DNA from: an uncultured Gammaproteobacteria bacterium
GTDB lineage: Bacteria; Patescibacteriota; Microgenomatia; UBA8517
Assembly (NCBI GenBank): GCA_964427735.1
Contig: CAYRUS010000001.1
Location: 290,173-354,172, forward strand
Direction of reading: 5' to 3'
Length of the DNA stretch: 64,000 bases
In this document: positions 38,806 to 47,234 of the stretch, in pieces
Numbering within the stretch: position 1 is the stretch's first letter
Layout of the letters: each line of letters opens with the position of its first letter
Made by a program: the position numbers and the translations under genes
The notes under the pieces: model-generated
What the model saw: only the letters and a program-made list of their open reading frames with translations
What the model was told of the DNA's origin: nothing
Database searches by the model: none

Positions 38806-40074
38806 CTAGCTTTTATCAGCAAATTTTATTCTAAAGGTTGTTCCTTTCCCTTTTTCAGATTCAAGCTCGATCTCTCCATGATAAGACAAAACCACAAGTT
38901 TTGTGATAAACAAACCAAGTCCTACCTTTTCAAAGTTCTGAGGCGGATATTCTGTATAATATGCCGTCGTTTGGAAAAAAGGTTTAAATATATTTTCTAA
39001 ATTCACCTCACCTATTCCCATCCCAGTATCTGAAATTTCTATAACTAAAAATCCCTCTTCTAAATAAGTTTTTATTTTAACTTCTCCGTCTAAACTTCCA
39101 AATTTTATAGCATTACTAATAACCTCCCTAATAGCAACTGATAGTAATGTTTTATCAAAATCATATTCACCTAAGACTTCCTCTGGATAGAATGAAATTT
39201 GGATTAACTTTTCTTCTGCTTCCAATTCGAAATCTTCAATTATAGATTCAATTAATTCGTTTATGTTTATTTTTTTATTTTTTATTTCAAATTTATTATT
39301 AATAAAATCTGATATAAATACTAACTTCTCGATTAAAGTCTCAAGGTCGACGGCGGATTGATTTATAACACTAATGTGATTTTTAACTTTCTTATCTTTG
39401 CTTGTTAAACCTTGCAGGTCATTTTCTAAAGTCTCCAAGTGTCCTTTAATCAAAACAAGTGGGGTATTTAGGTAATATGAAGTCAGTGTTATAAACTGAT
39501 TCTTTAAGGTATTTAATTGAAATAATTTATCCCTGACTTCAAATTGATAAGATATCTGCTTTCCAATGCTGCGGTCGACTATAACTATCAAAATGTAGGC
39601 TATTGTATAAAATATAAATTGTCCTAAATATCCTTCGTATGGATTATAATTATTCAAAAATAAAGCTATTCCAACAAAAGAAAGCAAAGCAAAAAAACTT
39701 AAGACTATGGTTGCCCTTACACCAAGTTGAAATAGTGTAAGTAATAAAATTAGATATGGACCAAACTGAGCAACACTTTGAAATCCACCTGTTAGTGCCA
39801 TAAAGACAGCGGCCAATATCTGAGTTTCTATTATAAAAAGCAAAAACCAATACTCTACTTTTTCAGAATCTATAGTTAAGTAATAAAAGGGAGCAGTGAC
39901 AAGAAATATAAATGGAGTAATTACAATTAAATCCTTAAATGGAGTTGTATTAGGCAATGATAAAGCATATATATTTGTAGCAACGCTTCCAACAATAAAT
40001 AACGTTATATGAAACCTGAATAATTTTCTGGTTTTATCTCTTCCCCACAATGGATACAACTTCGGCAATTTCAT
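38806..40074 (-). CDS. Membrane sensor histidine kinase homolog with degenerate H-box
   Basis: NAIKF, DTGMGI, GLGL intact; H-box reads TSYYLNTPL. Confidence 0.85.
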   Translation of the reverse strand: MKLPKLYPLWGRDKTRKLFRFHITLFIVGSVATNIYALSLPNTTPFKDLIVITPFIFLVTAPFYYLTIDSEKVEYWFLLFIIETQILAAVFMALTGGFQSVAQFGPYLILLLTLFQLGVRATIVLSFFALLSFVGIALFLNNYNPYEGYLGQFIFYTIAYILIVIVDRSIGKQISYQFEVRDKLFQLNTLKNQFITLTSYYLNTPLVLIKGHLETLENDLQGLTSKDKKVKNHISVINQSAVDLETLIEKLVFISDFINNKFEIKNKKININELIESIIEDFELEAEEKLIQISFYPEEVLGEYDFDKTLLSVAIREVISNAIKFGSLDGEVKIKTYLEEGFLVIEISDTGMGIGEVNLENIFKPFFQTTAYYTEYPPQNFEKVGLGLFITKLVVLSYHGEIELESEKGKGTTFRIKFADKS

Positions 40075-40150
40075 TCAAAACACCTTACCTCTAGCTGTAT
40101 TCTATAGTATCAAAATTAGAATTATGTAAGAATATTTAACAAAGAAAAAA

Positions 40151-40270
40151 TTATTTTTTCTTTTTTTCATTTGCTAAAAATTTCATTAAAAATGCAGCTA
40201 TAGCACCAACTAATGCAGTAACTTCCAAAATCCTTAGTAGACTAGATTTCTTCTTTTTCTTGGCAGCCAT
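40151..40270 (-). CDS. 39-aa single-TM peptide MAAKKKKKSSLLRILEVTALVGAIAAFLMKFLANEKKKK
   Basis: Translated by hand; GGAGGTG SD upstream. Confidence 0.65.
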   Translation of the reverse strand: MAAKKKKKSSLLRILEVTALVGAIAAFLMKFLANEKKKK

Positions 40271-40374
40271 CAAAAAAACACCTCCAATTCTTAATTAAGT
40301 ATAACTTTTAAAAATAACCTCGTCACTAGCGAATTGAATAAAAACTTCTGAAGACTATAATCCAAAACCAAATG

Positions 40375-40627
40375 TGCGGGATGGGTGGGACTTGCACCCA
40401 CCATGCTGGCGTCCTCGGGCTCGTTTTAACCTCTATCCCAAAAAACTCTGCTGCATCACTATGTAGCAGAATAAACAACTATAAATTGATGTTGTTAAAA
40501 ACTTATGAGACAGATTTTAAGGTTCCGAAATGCCTAGAATATCCGGCCGATTATCCCAGAGGCTTTCATAAAAGACAGGCTGCGCTTTCCCATCTTTTGG
40601 CGGCGATCTAACACCGCTTCACCCCGT
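40375..40627 (-). ncRNA. Unidentified ~250-nt structured RNA with tRNA-like closure
   Basis: CGGGGTG/CATCCCG terminal stem, GGTGGG-TGCAAGT-CCCACC T-arm-like hairpin, several internal helices, extended -10 six nt upstream. Confidence 0.7.
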
Positions 40628-40667
40628 AAATTTATACTATCATAAATTGTCAATAAAAATCTATATT

Positions 40668-41054
40668 TTATTTTTCCAGGCTATAAAACACCTTGACCAA
40701 TAAAAAAAGAAGCCAAAAAGTAAAAACAAGCATTATAACCATAGAAAAATAAGAGAATCTCAACATATTCTGGAACCTAAAATTAGAAAACAAAATTACG
40801 TTTGTAAAAGTATAGATAACAAAAATTTCTAAAAATGAAATCAAGGCATATTTTGTAATTTTTAAATAATTTAGATTCTTTAAAATATTTTTATCAATTT
40901 TTGTATATGGAGTCTCTACGTATGCATACCAAAAATAAATAAATATGATAAAGACAGAAAAGATAATTAATCCGGTCACTTTAAAACTAATACCTAGATA
41001 CAAAAAAGGAAGTACGAAAATTGCCAATCCAATCCCGAGGAATTTCTTTGTCAT
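40668..41054 (-). CDS. Hypothetical four-TM membrane protein
   Basis: Very hydrophobic 128-aa ORF. Confidence 0.6.
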   Translation of the reverse strand: MTKKFLGIGLAIFVLPFLYLGISFKVTGLIIFSVFIIFIYFWYAYVETPYTKIDKNILKNLNYLKITKYALISFLEIFVIYTFTNVILFSNFRFQNMLRFSYFSMVIMLVFTFWLLFLLVKVFYSLEK

Positions 41055-41243
41055 GGTAATATTTTTATATTAACACAATTAAGAACAGTTTATGAAAAAT
41101 TCCAACAAATTATCGACTATTACTTTCTTCTTACCGTTTTGTTATACGGTATATATAAATAAAGAAGATTATATGTATGTAGTAATAAAAAGCTACAAAG
41201 GTTCGCCTTACGTTTGCGGTAACAAAAAGCAGGTCAAAAACAG

Positions 41244-41273
41244 CAACAAAACCCTCTGAGGAGGGTTTTGTTG
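41244..41273. terminator. Terminator-like hairpin
   Basis: CAACAAAACCCTC-TGAG-GAGGGTTTTGTTG perfect stem. Confidence 0.7.
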
Positions 41274-41285
41274 TATTATAGAATT

Positions 41286-41729
41286 ATGAAGAAAGTTTTA
41301 TTATTAATTGCAGGAGTAATAATTTTTTTCCTATTTGTAGGAGCAGGTTTTTGGGTATTTAAATTATTTCAACCACCTGCTCCAACAGCCCCAACCACAC
41401 CAAATGACGCAGATATCGTTTTGGCACCTACAGAAGTTGAGGATCTCAATACTACACAAAATGAAGAAGAAGCTATGCTAGGAAATCTTGCAATTATAAA
41501 CATCGAAAATGGCCAACCTCAGGAAAAATCAATCATAATAAATGACGGTGATACAGTTATGTGGCTTAATCGTGACGAAACTAAAATTCATTTTGAAGGA
41601 TTAGACGATTCAGTTAATATTGACGCTTACACTTCTTATACAAAAACAATTATTGCTCCAGGAACATATACATATACACTAGAAAGCGACTCCGGGACTG
41701 CCCAAGGAGAAATAATCGTAGAAGATTAA
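41286..41729 (+). CDS. Membrane-anchored cupredoxin-fold-like protein lacking copper ligands
   Basis: I..GDTV.W.N.D, PGTYTY, G.IIVE; no Cys. Confidence 0.65.
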   Translation: MKKVLLLIAGVIIFFLFVGAGFWVFKLFQPPAPTAPTTPNDADIVLAPTEVEDLNTTQNEEEAMLGNLAIINIENGQPQEKSIIINDGDTVMWLNRDETKIHFEGLDDSVNIDAYTSYTKTIIAPGTYTYTLESDSGTAQGEIIVED

Positions 41730-41781
41730 ATAATTGGAAGAAATCTTTAGCCTTTGACCTCTACTCCGACGATAAATTTTT

Positions 41782-42372
41782 ATGAAAAATAAAATGATAC
41801 AAATACAAAAGGTCAAAGATAAAGTTTTAAATCTAAAAGACTCCCCGTTTTATAAATTTAGAATTAAAAACAAATACCAGCCAGTTCTTGGTGAAGGTAA
41901 TTTGAATTCTAAAATCATGTTTGTAGGAGAAGCACCAGGAGAAAAAGAAGCCATTCAAGGTAAACCTTTTGTTGGTTTAGCAGGAAAGCTACTAGATACA
42001 TTGTTAGAAACTGCAGAATTAAAAAGAAATGATATATACATAACTAGTGTTGTACTAGATAGACCCCCCGGCAATAAAACTCCCTCTAAAAAGGAGTCAA
42101 ACGATTATGTGCCATTTCTTTTTGAACAAATTAATATAATCAAGCCTAAAATAATAGTGTTACTTGGTAAAATTGCTATTGAAACAGTTTTTCAGCACTT
42201 TGGAATTAGAAAAGTTGAATCTTTAAATAAAATCCATGGAAAAACATATAAAGTTAAAGCAGATTATGGAAACATAAAACTTATTCCTTTTTATCATCCT
42301 GCGGCTGCTTTTTATAACAGAAAATTAATGGATGTCATGGAAAAGGATTTTAAAAAATTAAAATCAATTTGA
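41782..42372 (+). CDS. Uracil-DNA glycosylase family 4
   Basis: VGEAPG, PFVG..G..L, RPP.N, HPAA. Confidence 0.9.
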   Translation: MKNKMIQIQKVKDKVLNLKDSPFYKFRIKNKYQPVLGEGNLNSKIMFVGEAPGEKEAIQGKPFVGLAGKLLDTLLETAELKRNDIYITSVVLDRPPGNKTPSKKESNDYVPFLFEQINIIKPKIIVLLGKIAIETVFQHFGIRKVESLNKIHGKTYKVKADYGNIKLIPFYHPAAAFYNRKLMDVMEKDFKKLKSI

Positions 42373-42483
42373 TTGCTCAACTGAAGCTGCATAACCTACA
42401 GAAGTATTGATTGTTGTTGTAAATACTTCAGCAAAAAAAAGTAGAAGGAATAGTATTACTATTTTTACTGCGATAACCCTCAT
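42364..42483 (-). CDS. Possible 39-aa hydrophobic peptide (MRVIAVKIVILFLLLFFAEV...)
   Basis: Translated by hand; signal-peptide-like; no clear SD. Confidence 0.35.
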   Translation of the reverse strand: MRVIAVKIVILFLLLFFAEVFTTTINTSVGYAASVEQSN

Positions 42484-42591
42484 GGGATTAAATATAAATC
42501 TAGCTTGATAAACAATAAAAGTCAAGCACAATTAAAGGGTGAAATTAATCAATTAAATAATAAAAATTTAAAAGATAAATCTGGGAGCTTC

Positions 42592-42660
42592 AAAAAGACC
42601 GGGAGAAAGACCATGCGAGTAAACTCACCCAGTCGATACGTCCAAGACGATTAACCCGGT
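42592..42660 (-). ncRNA. Candidate ~69-nt small structured RNA
   Basis: TTGTCA-N17-TATAAT promoter puts +1 at the first base of an ACCGGG/CCCGGT stem that is followed by CTTTTT. Confidence 0.6.
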
Positions 42661-42775
42661 AAGCAAATTATACAAAAACGCATTTGCAATGACAATACTT
42701 TGACTTTATTCAAATAAACTTTAATTTGACCCTTGATATGGTTTTTGTTTTTTTGATACAGTAGTAAAGTTAACC

Positions 42776-43237
42776 ATGAATGATAATAACAACGAAGATC
42801 AAAACTTGGATATCCTAGATGAACAAACAGAAGAGAATCAATCACTAGCTACGCTCCAAAGTGTGGAATCTATGATCAACTCCCATCTAACTAGAATTGA
42901 AAGAATTAGAAATGACATTAAGCCAATAAGAGAAATGGTAAGAGATTATTTGGAAAATGACGAAGGATACAGAGAATTATCAGAAATCACAAAAAAGGCA
43001 AGCAAAGAAAAAGGAGCAAGGAAAAAGGAATTAATGAACGAACCTGCAGGTAAAAATATCCAAGAAAAACTGGATGCACTTACAGAAGAATTAAAAGATT
43101 CCCAAGAGGCTCTTTCTACTTACCTTGATCAATACAGAAATTTAACCGGAGCTAACGAATATGAAGGACCGGATGGCGAGCTTAGACAAATTGTATACTC
43201 TGCAAAACTAGTAAGGAAAACAAACCTCAATAGATAA
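42776..43237 (+). CDS. Hypothetical coiled-coil protein
   Basis: Helical, E/K-rich 153-aa ORF. Confidence 0.75.
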   Translation: MNDNNNEDQNLDILDEQTEENQSLATLQSVESMINSHLTRIERIRNDIKPIREMVRDYLENDEGYRELSEITKKASKEKGARKKELMNEPAGKNIQEKLDALTEELKDSQEALSTYLDQYRNLTGANEYEGPDGELRQIVYSAKLVRKTNLNR

Positions 43238-44044
43238 TTAACTGCTTAGTGCAATCTCTGCCGAGCTGCAAAGTCTGTGCCCACCCAAATCCCACCAAAT
43301 CTGCAAAGTATCTTTCCTATTATCTTTTGCTTCAAAGTATATGTCTGCCCATTGTGCATATCTTTCAACCTCATTTACTTTTGCAAGAGCTCTGCTTCTT
43401 GTTCTCCATAGTCCGCTTCTGTGGTTTACTAAATATGTATAAAACTGACTTCTTGTGATTTTTCCCCCTATATAGTCTCTAGCCTTGCCTCCACCGTTAT
43501 ATCCTGCCATTGCTGCTTTAACATCACCATGTGCAAGTTTTAATTCAGTTTTTAGTACTTTTCCAGGACCTTTTGCCATGCTCACATTTGGGTCAAATGG
43601 ATTTTGACCATCCAAGTTTGCTCCAGTTACTTGAAAAAGTCCTCTCACTCCGGTAGCACTTACAGCATTAGGATTTCCACATGACTCTATTTGCATTACT
43701 GTTGCGATTAAATCTGGATCCATATCATGTTCTTCTCCCCACCTGCAGACATCTTCTTCCCAATGCTTTACCTGATCAGTAAATGAGTCAGATAATTTAC
43801 ACTCTGGTTCTTCCTCCACTTCTTCTCTTGAATAAGCAATTGCACCAAGTTCTTGCTTTATTGGTTCTACAATTGGAGACAAAAGATCTTTATTTTTTTG
43901 TTCACTTAATTCAGAAAATAAAGACTCTGCGTGGATCTGAACAGTTGTCACAGAAAGAGAAGTTATAAAAGTAAATATAAATACAAAGAGTTTTTTCAAA
44001 AACTCTTTCTTTCTAAAAAGGTCGAGCAGGTACGCTTTTAACAT
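43238..44044 (-). CDS. Lytic transglycosylase (SLT domain)
   Basis: VMQIESCGNP.AVS...GLFQV, A.YNGG. Confidence 0.88.
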   Translation of the reverse strand: MLKAYLLDLFRKKEFLKKLFVFIFTFITSLSVTTVQIHAESLFSELSEQKNKDLLSPIVEPIKQELGAIAYSREEVEEEPECKLSDSFTDQVKHWEEDVCRWGEEHDMDPDLIATVMQIESCGNPNAVSATGVRGLFQVTGANLDGQNPFDPNVSMAKGPGKVLKTELKLAHGDVKAAMAGYNGGGKARDYIGGKITRSQFYTYLVNHRSGLWRTRSRALAKVNEVERYAQWADIYFEAKDNRKDTLQIWWDLGGHRLCSSAEIALSS

Positions 44045-44276
44045 GCGAAATGGGATTATACACAAAGGAAGCTATTTGTAAAGCTTGTGTAAGATATATG
44101 TTAAAAGCAGATTGGTGTCTATTATCCTCTAATTTCTCTGTCTATACACAAATAAGTTATCATTTACATCCCATTATTAATATTAAGCGGCTTAAAGAAA
44201 TTTCCTCAAAAATCAAGATTTCTTACAAAAGAAGTTGGAGAGTTTTTACTGCTAAATTCATAATTAAAGCCAAATT

Positions 44277-44285
44277 TGATATAAT
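44277..44285 (+). promoter_or_regulatory. Extended -10 promoter of the tRNA-Gln locus
   Basis: TGATATAAT ten nt upstream of the partial tRNA copy. Confidence 0.6.
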
Positions 44286-44295
44286 TGGGGTTCAT

Positions 44296-44313
44296 TGCCG
44301 GATCGTCTAATGG
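44296..44313 (+). repeat. Exact 18-nt copy of the tRNA-Gln 5' end
   Basis: TGCCGGATCGTCTAATGG identical to 44601-44618. Confidence 0.95.
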
Positions 44314-44618
44314 CCCGCCCGCAACGCCTGAGCCGGCTAGCGATGGCGGGTAATACTTAATGTTTTATACTTATGTATTAATAAGCGAAAAAGATAATAA
44401 ATATTACATAGGTTGGACAAATAATTTAAAGCAAAGGATATATAAACATAGATCAGGCAAGGTAAGAGCAACAAAAGGTCACTTACCTGTACAGCTTGTA
44501 TATTATGAAGCTTGCCAAAATAAGGAAAAAGCTATTAAAAGAGAAAAATATTTTAAGACAGGGTTTGGAAGAAGATTCTTAAAAGCCAGAATATAAACAA
44601 TGCCGGATCGTCTAATGG
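44314..44618 (+). mobile_element. Putative minimal tRNA-targeting element (GC-rich hairpin + GIY-YIG + replacement tRNA 5' end)
   Basis: Bounded by the 18-nt tRNA duplication; hairpin CCCGCC...GGCGGG at 44314-44350. Confidence 0.6.
44360..44596 (+). CDS. Small stand-alone GIY-YIG nuclease
   Basis: YTYVL...YYIG.T.NL..R..KH, LVYYE, A..RE..FK. Confidence 0.93.
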   Translation: MFYTYVLISEKDNKYYIGWTNNLKQRIYKHRSGKVRATKGHLPVQLVYYEACQNKEKAIKREKYFKTGFGRRFLKARI

Positions 44619-44671
44619 TAGGACGTCGCTCTCTGGAAGCGAAAATTGGGGTTCGAATCCCTGTCCGGCAG
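44601..44671 (+). tRNA. tRNA-Gln(CTG)
   Basis: Acceptor TGCCGGA/TCCGGCA, anticodon arm TCGCT-CTCTGGA-AGCGA, GGTTCGAATCC. Confidence 0.96.
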
Positions 44672-44809
44672 CTTACATATGGCATTCTCTAAGTACTCGC
44701 TTTACATAATACGATAATCAAGTTGCAAGACTTAACCCATCTCCTCTAACTTTCATTAATCATACAAAACCTTAATCTTTCTCATCCACAAACTCCCTAC
44801 AATTTTTAT

Positions 44810-45427
44810 ATGAACGTAACGATTATTGGTGCAGGAAATATGGGCAACGGAATCGGTACACGGATAGTTGCCGGAGGACATAATCTGGAAATCATTGACA
44901 AAGATAGCGAAAAAGCAAAAGAAGCGGCAGAAAAACTAGGGGAAAATGCAAAAGCAGCAAACGCCGTGAATGGCGAGGTTGTCGTCCTGGCACTTCCCTA
45001 TCCAGTTATCCCGGATGTGATTGAAGAATACAAAGATCAGCTTTCCGGAAAAATAGTTGTAGATATTTCAAACCCTGTCGATTTTGATACTTTTGAACTA
45101 ATTCCTCCATCTGACAGTTCCGGTGCTGAGGAAATCGGGAAACTTCTCCCCGCTGACAGCAAATTAGTAAAAGCATTCAATACAACATTTGCAGGAACTC
45201 TATTAGATGGTGAGGTAGACGGCGAAAAGCTTGATGTGTTTATCGCATCAGACAACAAAGAGGCAGGCGAAACTATTGTAGAGCTTGCTGATGATGGAGG
45301 ATTAAGAGGTATTTATGTTGGTCCTTTAAAAATGGCAGGAATTTTAGAAGGAATGCAGTTAATTCAGATGAGTTTACAGGAAAAACTTGGTACAAACTGG
45401 ATGAGTGCGATTAAAATATTACCTTAA
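44810..45427 (+). CDS. NADPH-dependent F420 reductase-like oxidoreductase
   Basis: IIGAGNMG, VDISNP, SGAE, VKAFNT. Confidence 0.88.
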   Translation: MNVTIIGAGNMGNGIGTRIVAGGHNLEIIDKDSEKAKEAAEKLGENAKAANAVNGEVVVLALPYPVIPDVIEEYKDQLSGKIVVDISNPVDFDTFELIPPSDSSGAEEIGKLLPADSKLVKAFNTTFAGTLLDGEVDGEKLDVFIASDNKEAGETIVELADDGGLRGIYVGPLKMAGILEGMQLIQMSLQEKLGTNWMSAIKILP

Positions 45428-45429
45428 TT

Positions 45430-46182
45430 ATGAGTGAACTAAAGGACAAAGTAGCAATAGTGACAGGAGCGGGTTCCGGAATAGGAAGGGAGATTGCACT
45501 TTTGTATGCTGCAAATGGTGCAAAGGTTGTAGTATCTGATATAGACAAAGAAGCTGGAGAAAAAGTAGTCGATGAGATTACGGAGAAAGAAGGTGCAGCA
45601 CTTTTTGTAAAAGCAGATGTTGCCAACCCCGAAGAATCTGAAAACCTGGTAAAACAAACTGTAAAACAATTTGGAGGATTGCATATTGCCTGTAACAATG
45701 CAGGAATCGGTGGACCGCTTGCTCCAACAGCAGAATACCCACTTGATGGATGGGAAAAAGTAATCAGCATAAATCTTTCCGGTGTTTTTTATGGAATGCG
45801 CTATCAAATACCAGAGCTATTAAATAGCGGCGGGGGATGTATTGTAAATATGGCATCTGTTTTGGGTATGGTAGGTACTAAAAACTCCCCTGCTTATGTT
45901 GCTACAAAGCATGGAGTGGTAGGACTTACAAAAACTGCAGCTTTAGAATATGCAGATCAAAATATCCGGATTAATTCAGTAGGTCCGGGATATATAAAAA
46001 CACCTCTTGTTACTGAGTCTTTGGGCAAAGACGAGTTAGATGCACTTGTTGATTTACACCCTATTGGCAGGCTTGGTGAGGATAATGAAATAGCAGAAAT
46101 AGTTTTATGGTTGAGTACTTCTAAAGCATCTTTTGTAACTGGTTCATATTTTGCAGTTGATGGAGGGTATCTTGCACAGTAA
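45430..46182 (+). CDS. Short-chain dehydrogenase/reductase
   Basis: TGAGSGIG, NNAG, YVATK, DGG. Confidence 0.95.
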   Translation: MSELKDKVAIVTGAGSGIGREIALLYAANGAKVVVSDIDKEAGEKVVDEITEKEGAALFVKADVANPEESENLVKQTVKQFGGLHIACNNAGIGGPLAPTAEYPLDGWEKVISINLSGVFYGMRYQIPELLNSGGGCIVNMASVLGMVGTKNSPAYVATKHGVVGLTKTAALEYADQNIRINSVGPGYIKTPLVTESLGKDELDALVDLHPIGRLGEDNEIAEIVLWLSTSKASFVTGSYFAVDGGYLAQ

Positions 46183-46212
46183 AGTATAAGTAACCATAAA
46201 CATGATTATTCA

Positions 46213-46788
46213 ATGGATAATATAACTATACTAGGGTTTGGTGGAAGCCTAAGAGAAGGGTCTTTTAGCAGAGAGCTGCTTGAGGCAGGATATATTCTGG
46301 ATGCAGCCTACGATGTCTGTCCAAAAGATGTAACCTTAGAAGTTTTTGATGGGATTGAAGAATTCCCTGCCTATAGCCAGGACTTGGAAGAACACATGCC
46401 CGATGTAATAAAAGAATTTAAAAGAAAAATAAAAGCAGCTGATGCCATACTCATTGCAACTCCAGAGTATAATTATTCAATACCGGGATACTTGAAAAAT
46501 GCAATTGATTGGGCAACTAGACCCTACGGTGACAACAGTTTTAACGACAAGCCTGGAGCAATCGTCAGTGCAAGCCCCGGAAGATTCGGAGGGATAAAAG
46601 CACAGTATGCTTTGAGACAAACCTGTGTGTTTTTAAACCTGCATTTGTTAAATAAACCGGAAGTCGCGGTTACTTCGGTTCATGAAAAAATAAAAAATGG
46701 AAAGTTAACAGATGAAAAAACAGTAGAAAAAATGCAGGAATTGATGCAAGAGCTTTGTGCTTGGACGAGAAGAATATCGATAAAATGA
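46213..46788 (+). CDS. NADPH-dependent FMN reductase (ChrR/YieF-like)
   Basis: GSLREGS, TPEYNYSIPG.LKNAIDW. Confidence 0.92.
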   Translation: MDNITILGFGGSLREGSFSRELLEAGYILDAAYDVCPKDVTLEVFDGIEEFPAYSQDLEEHMPDVIKEFKRKIKAADAILIATPEYNYSIPGYLKNAIDWATRPYGDNSFNDKPGAIVSASPGRFGGIKAQYALRQTCVFLNLHLLNKPEVAVTSVHEKIKNGKLTDEKTVEKMQELMQELCAWTRRISIK

Positions 46789-47048
46789 AAATTTGTACAC
46801 ACATTCAACAAGCTGAAGAAAATGTACAACCAAACACTCCGGAAGGTTGTGAGGAATGCCTTCAGGTGGGAGACGATTGGGTTCATCTTCGTCTTTGTCT
46901 TACCTGTGGACACGTAGGTTGTTGTGATAATTCCAAAAATAAACATGCTACAAAACATTTTCATACTACAAAACACCCCGTTATTAAATCTTTCGAGCCG
47001 GCAGAAAATTGGAAATGGTGTTATATCGAGGAAATTATGGCAGAGTAA
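46785..47048 (+). CDS. UBP-type zinc-finger protein
   Basis: CEEC, LRLCLTCGHVGCCD.S..KHA..H. Confidence 0.9.
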   Translation: MKICTHIQQAEENVQPNTPEGCEECLQVGDDWVHLRLCLTCGHVGCCDNSKNKHATKHFHTTKHPVIKSFEPAENWKWCYIEEIMAE

Positions 47049-47234
47049 CGTGTGCTGCACAACAAAAGCAAAACAGCCAACATTACCTGTTTTTACTATA
47101 CGAATAATAAAGATAACCCTTAAAACTCAATCCGGATTTACTCGCTTTATCATTGCAGGTTCAATAGTGATCTGTTAACGTGTTCTTACATTACTGTAAC
47201 GATACTCGTTTACAACTTTAGCTATACTCAACAA

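Noticed and set aside
40372-40611. 79-aa plus-strand ORF
   Set aside because: Lies antisense to the structured RNA; no protein features
40375-40627. RNase P RNA, cobalamin riboswitch or intron-containing tRNA
   Set aside because: Only superficial matches (GATCGCCGC, GGGAAAG, GGTGCAAGTCC); P4 strands, B12 box, group I core and anticodon arm not found
42598-42660. SRP 4.5S RNA on the plus strand
   Set aside because: GAC-CATG..TAAA..CCCA-GTC only loosely mimics domain IV; promoter, G-U pairs and U-tract favour the minus strand
47042-47180. Integron attC site after the zinc-finger gene (TAAC...GTTAAC)
   Set aside because: Ends fit the consensus poorly, no extended palindrome and no integrase
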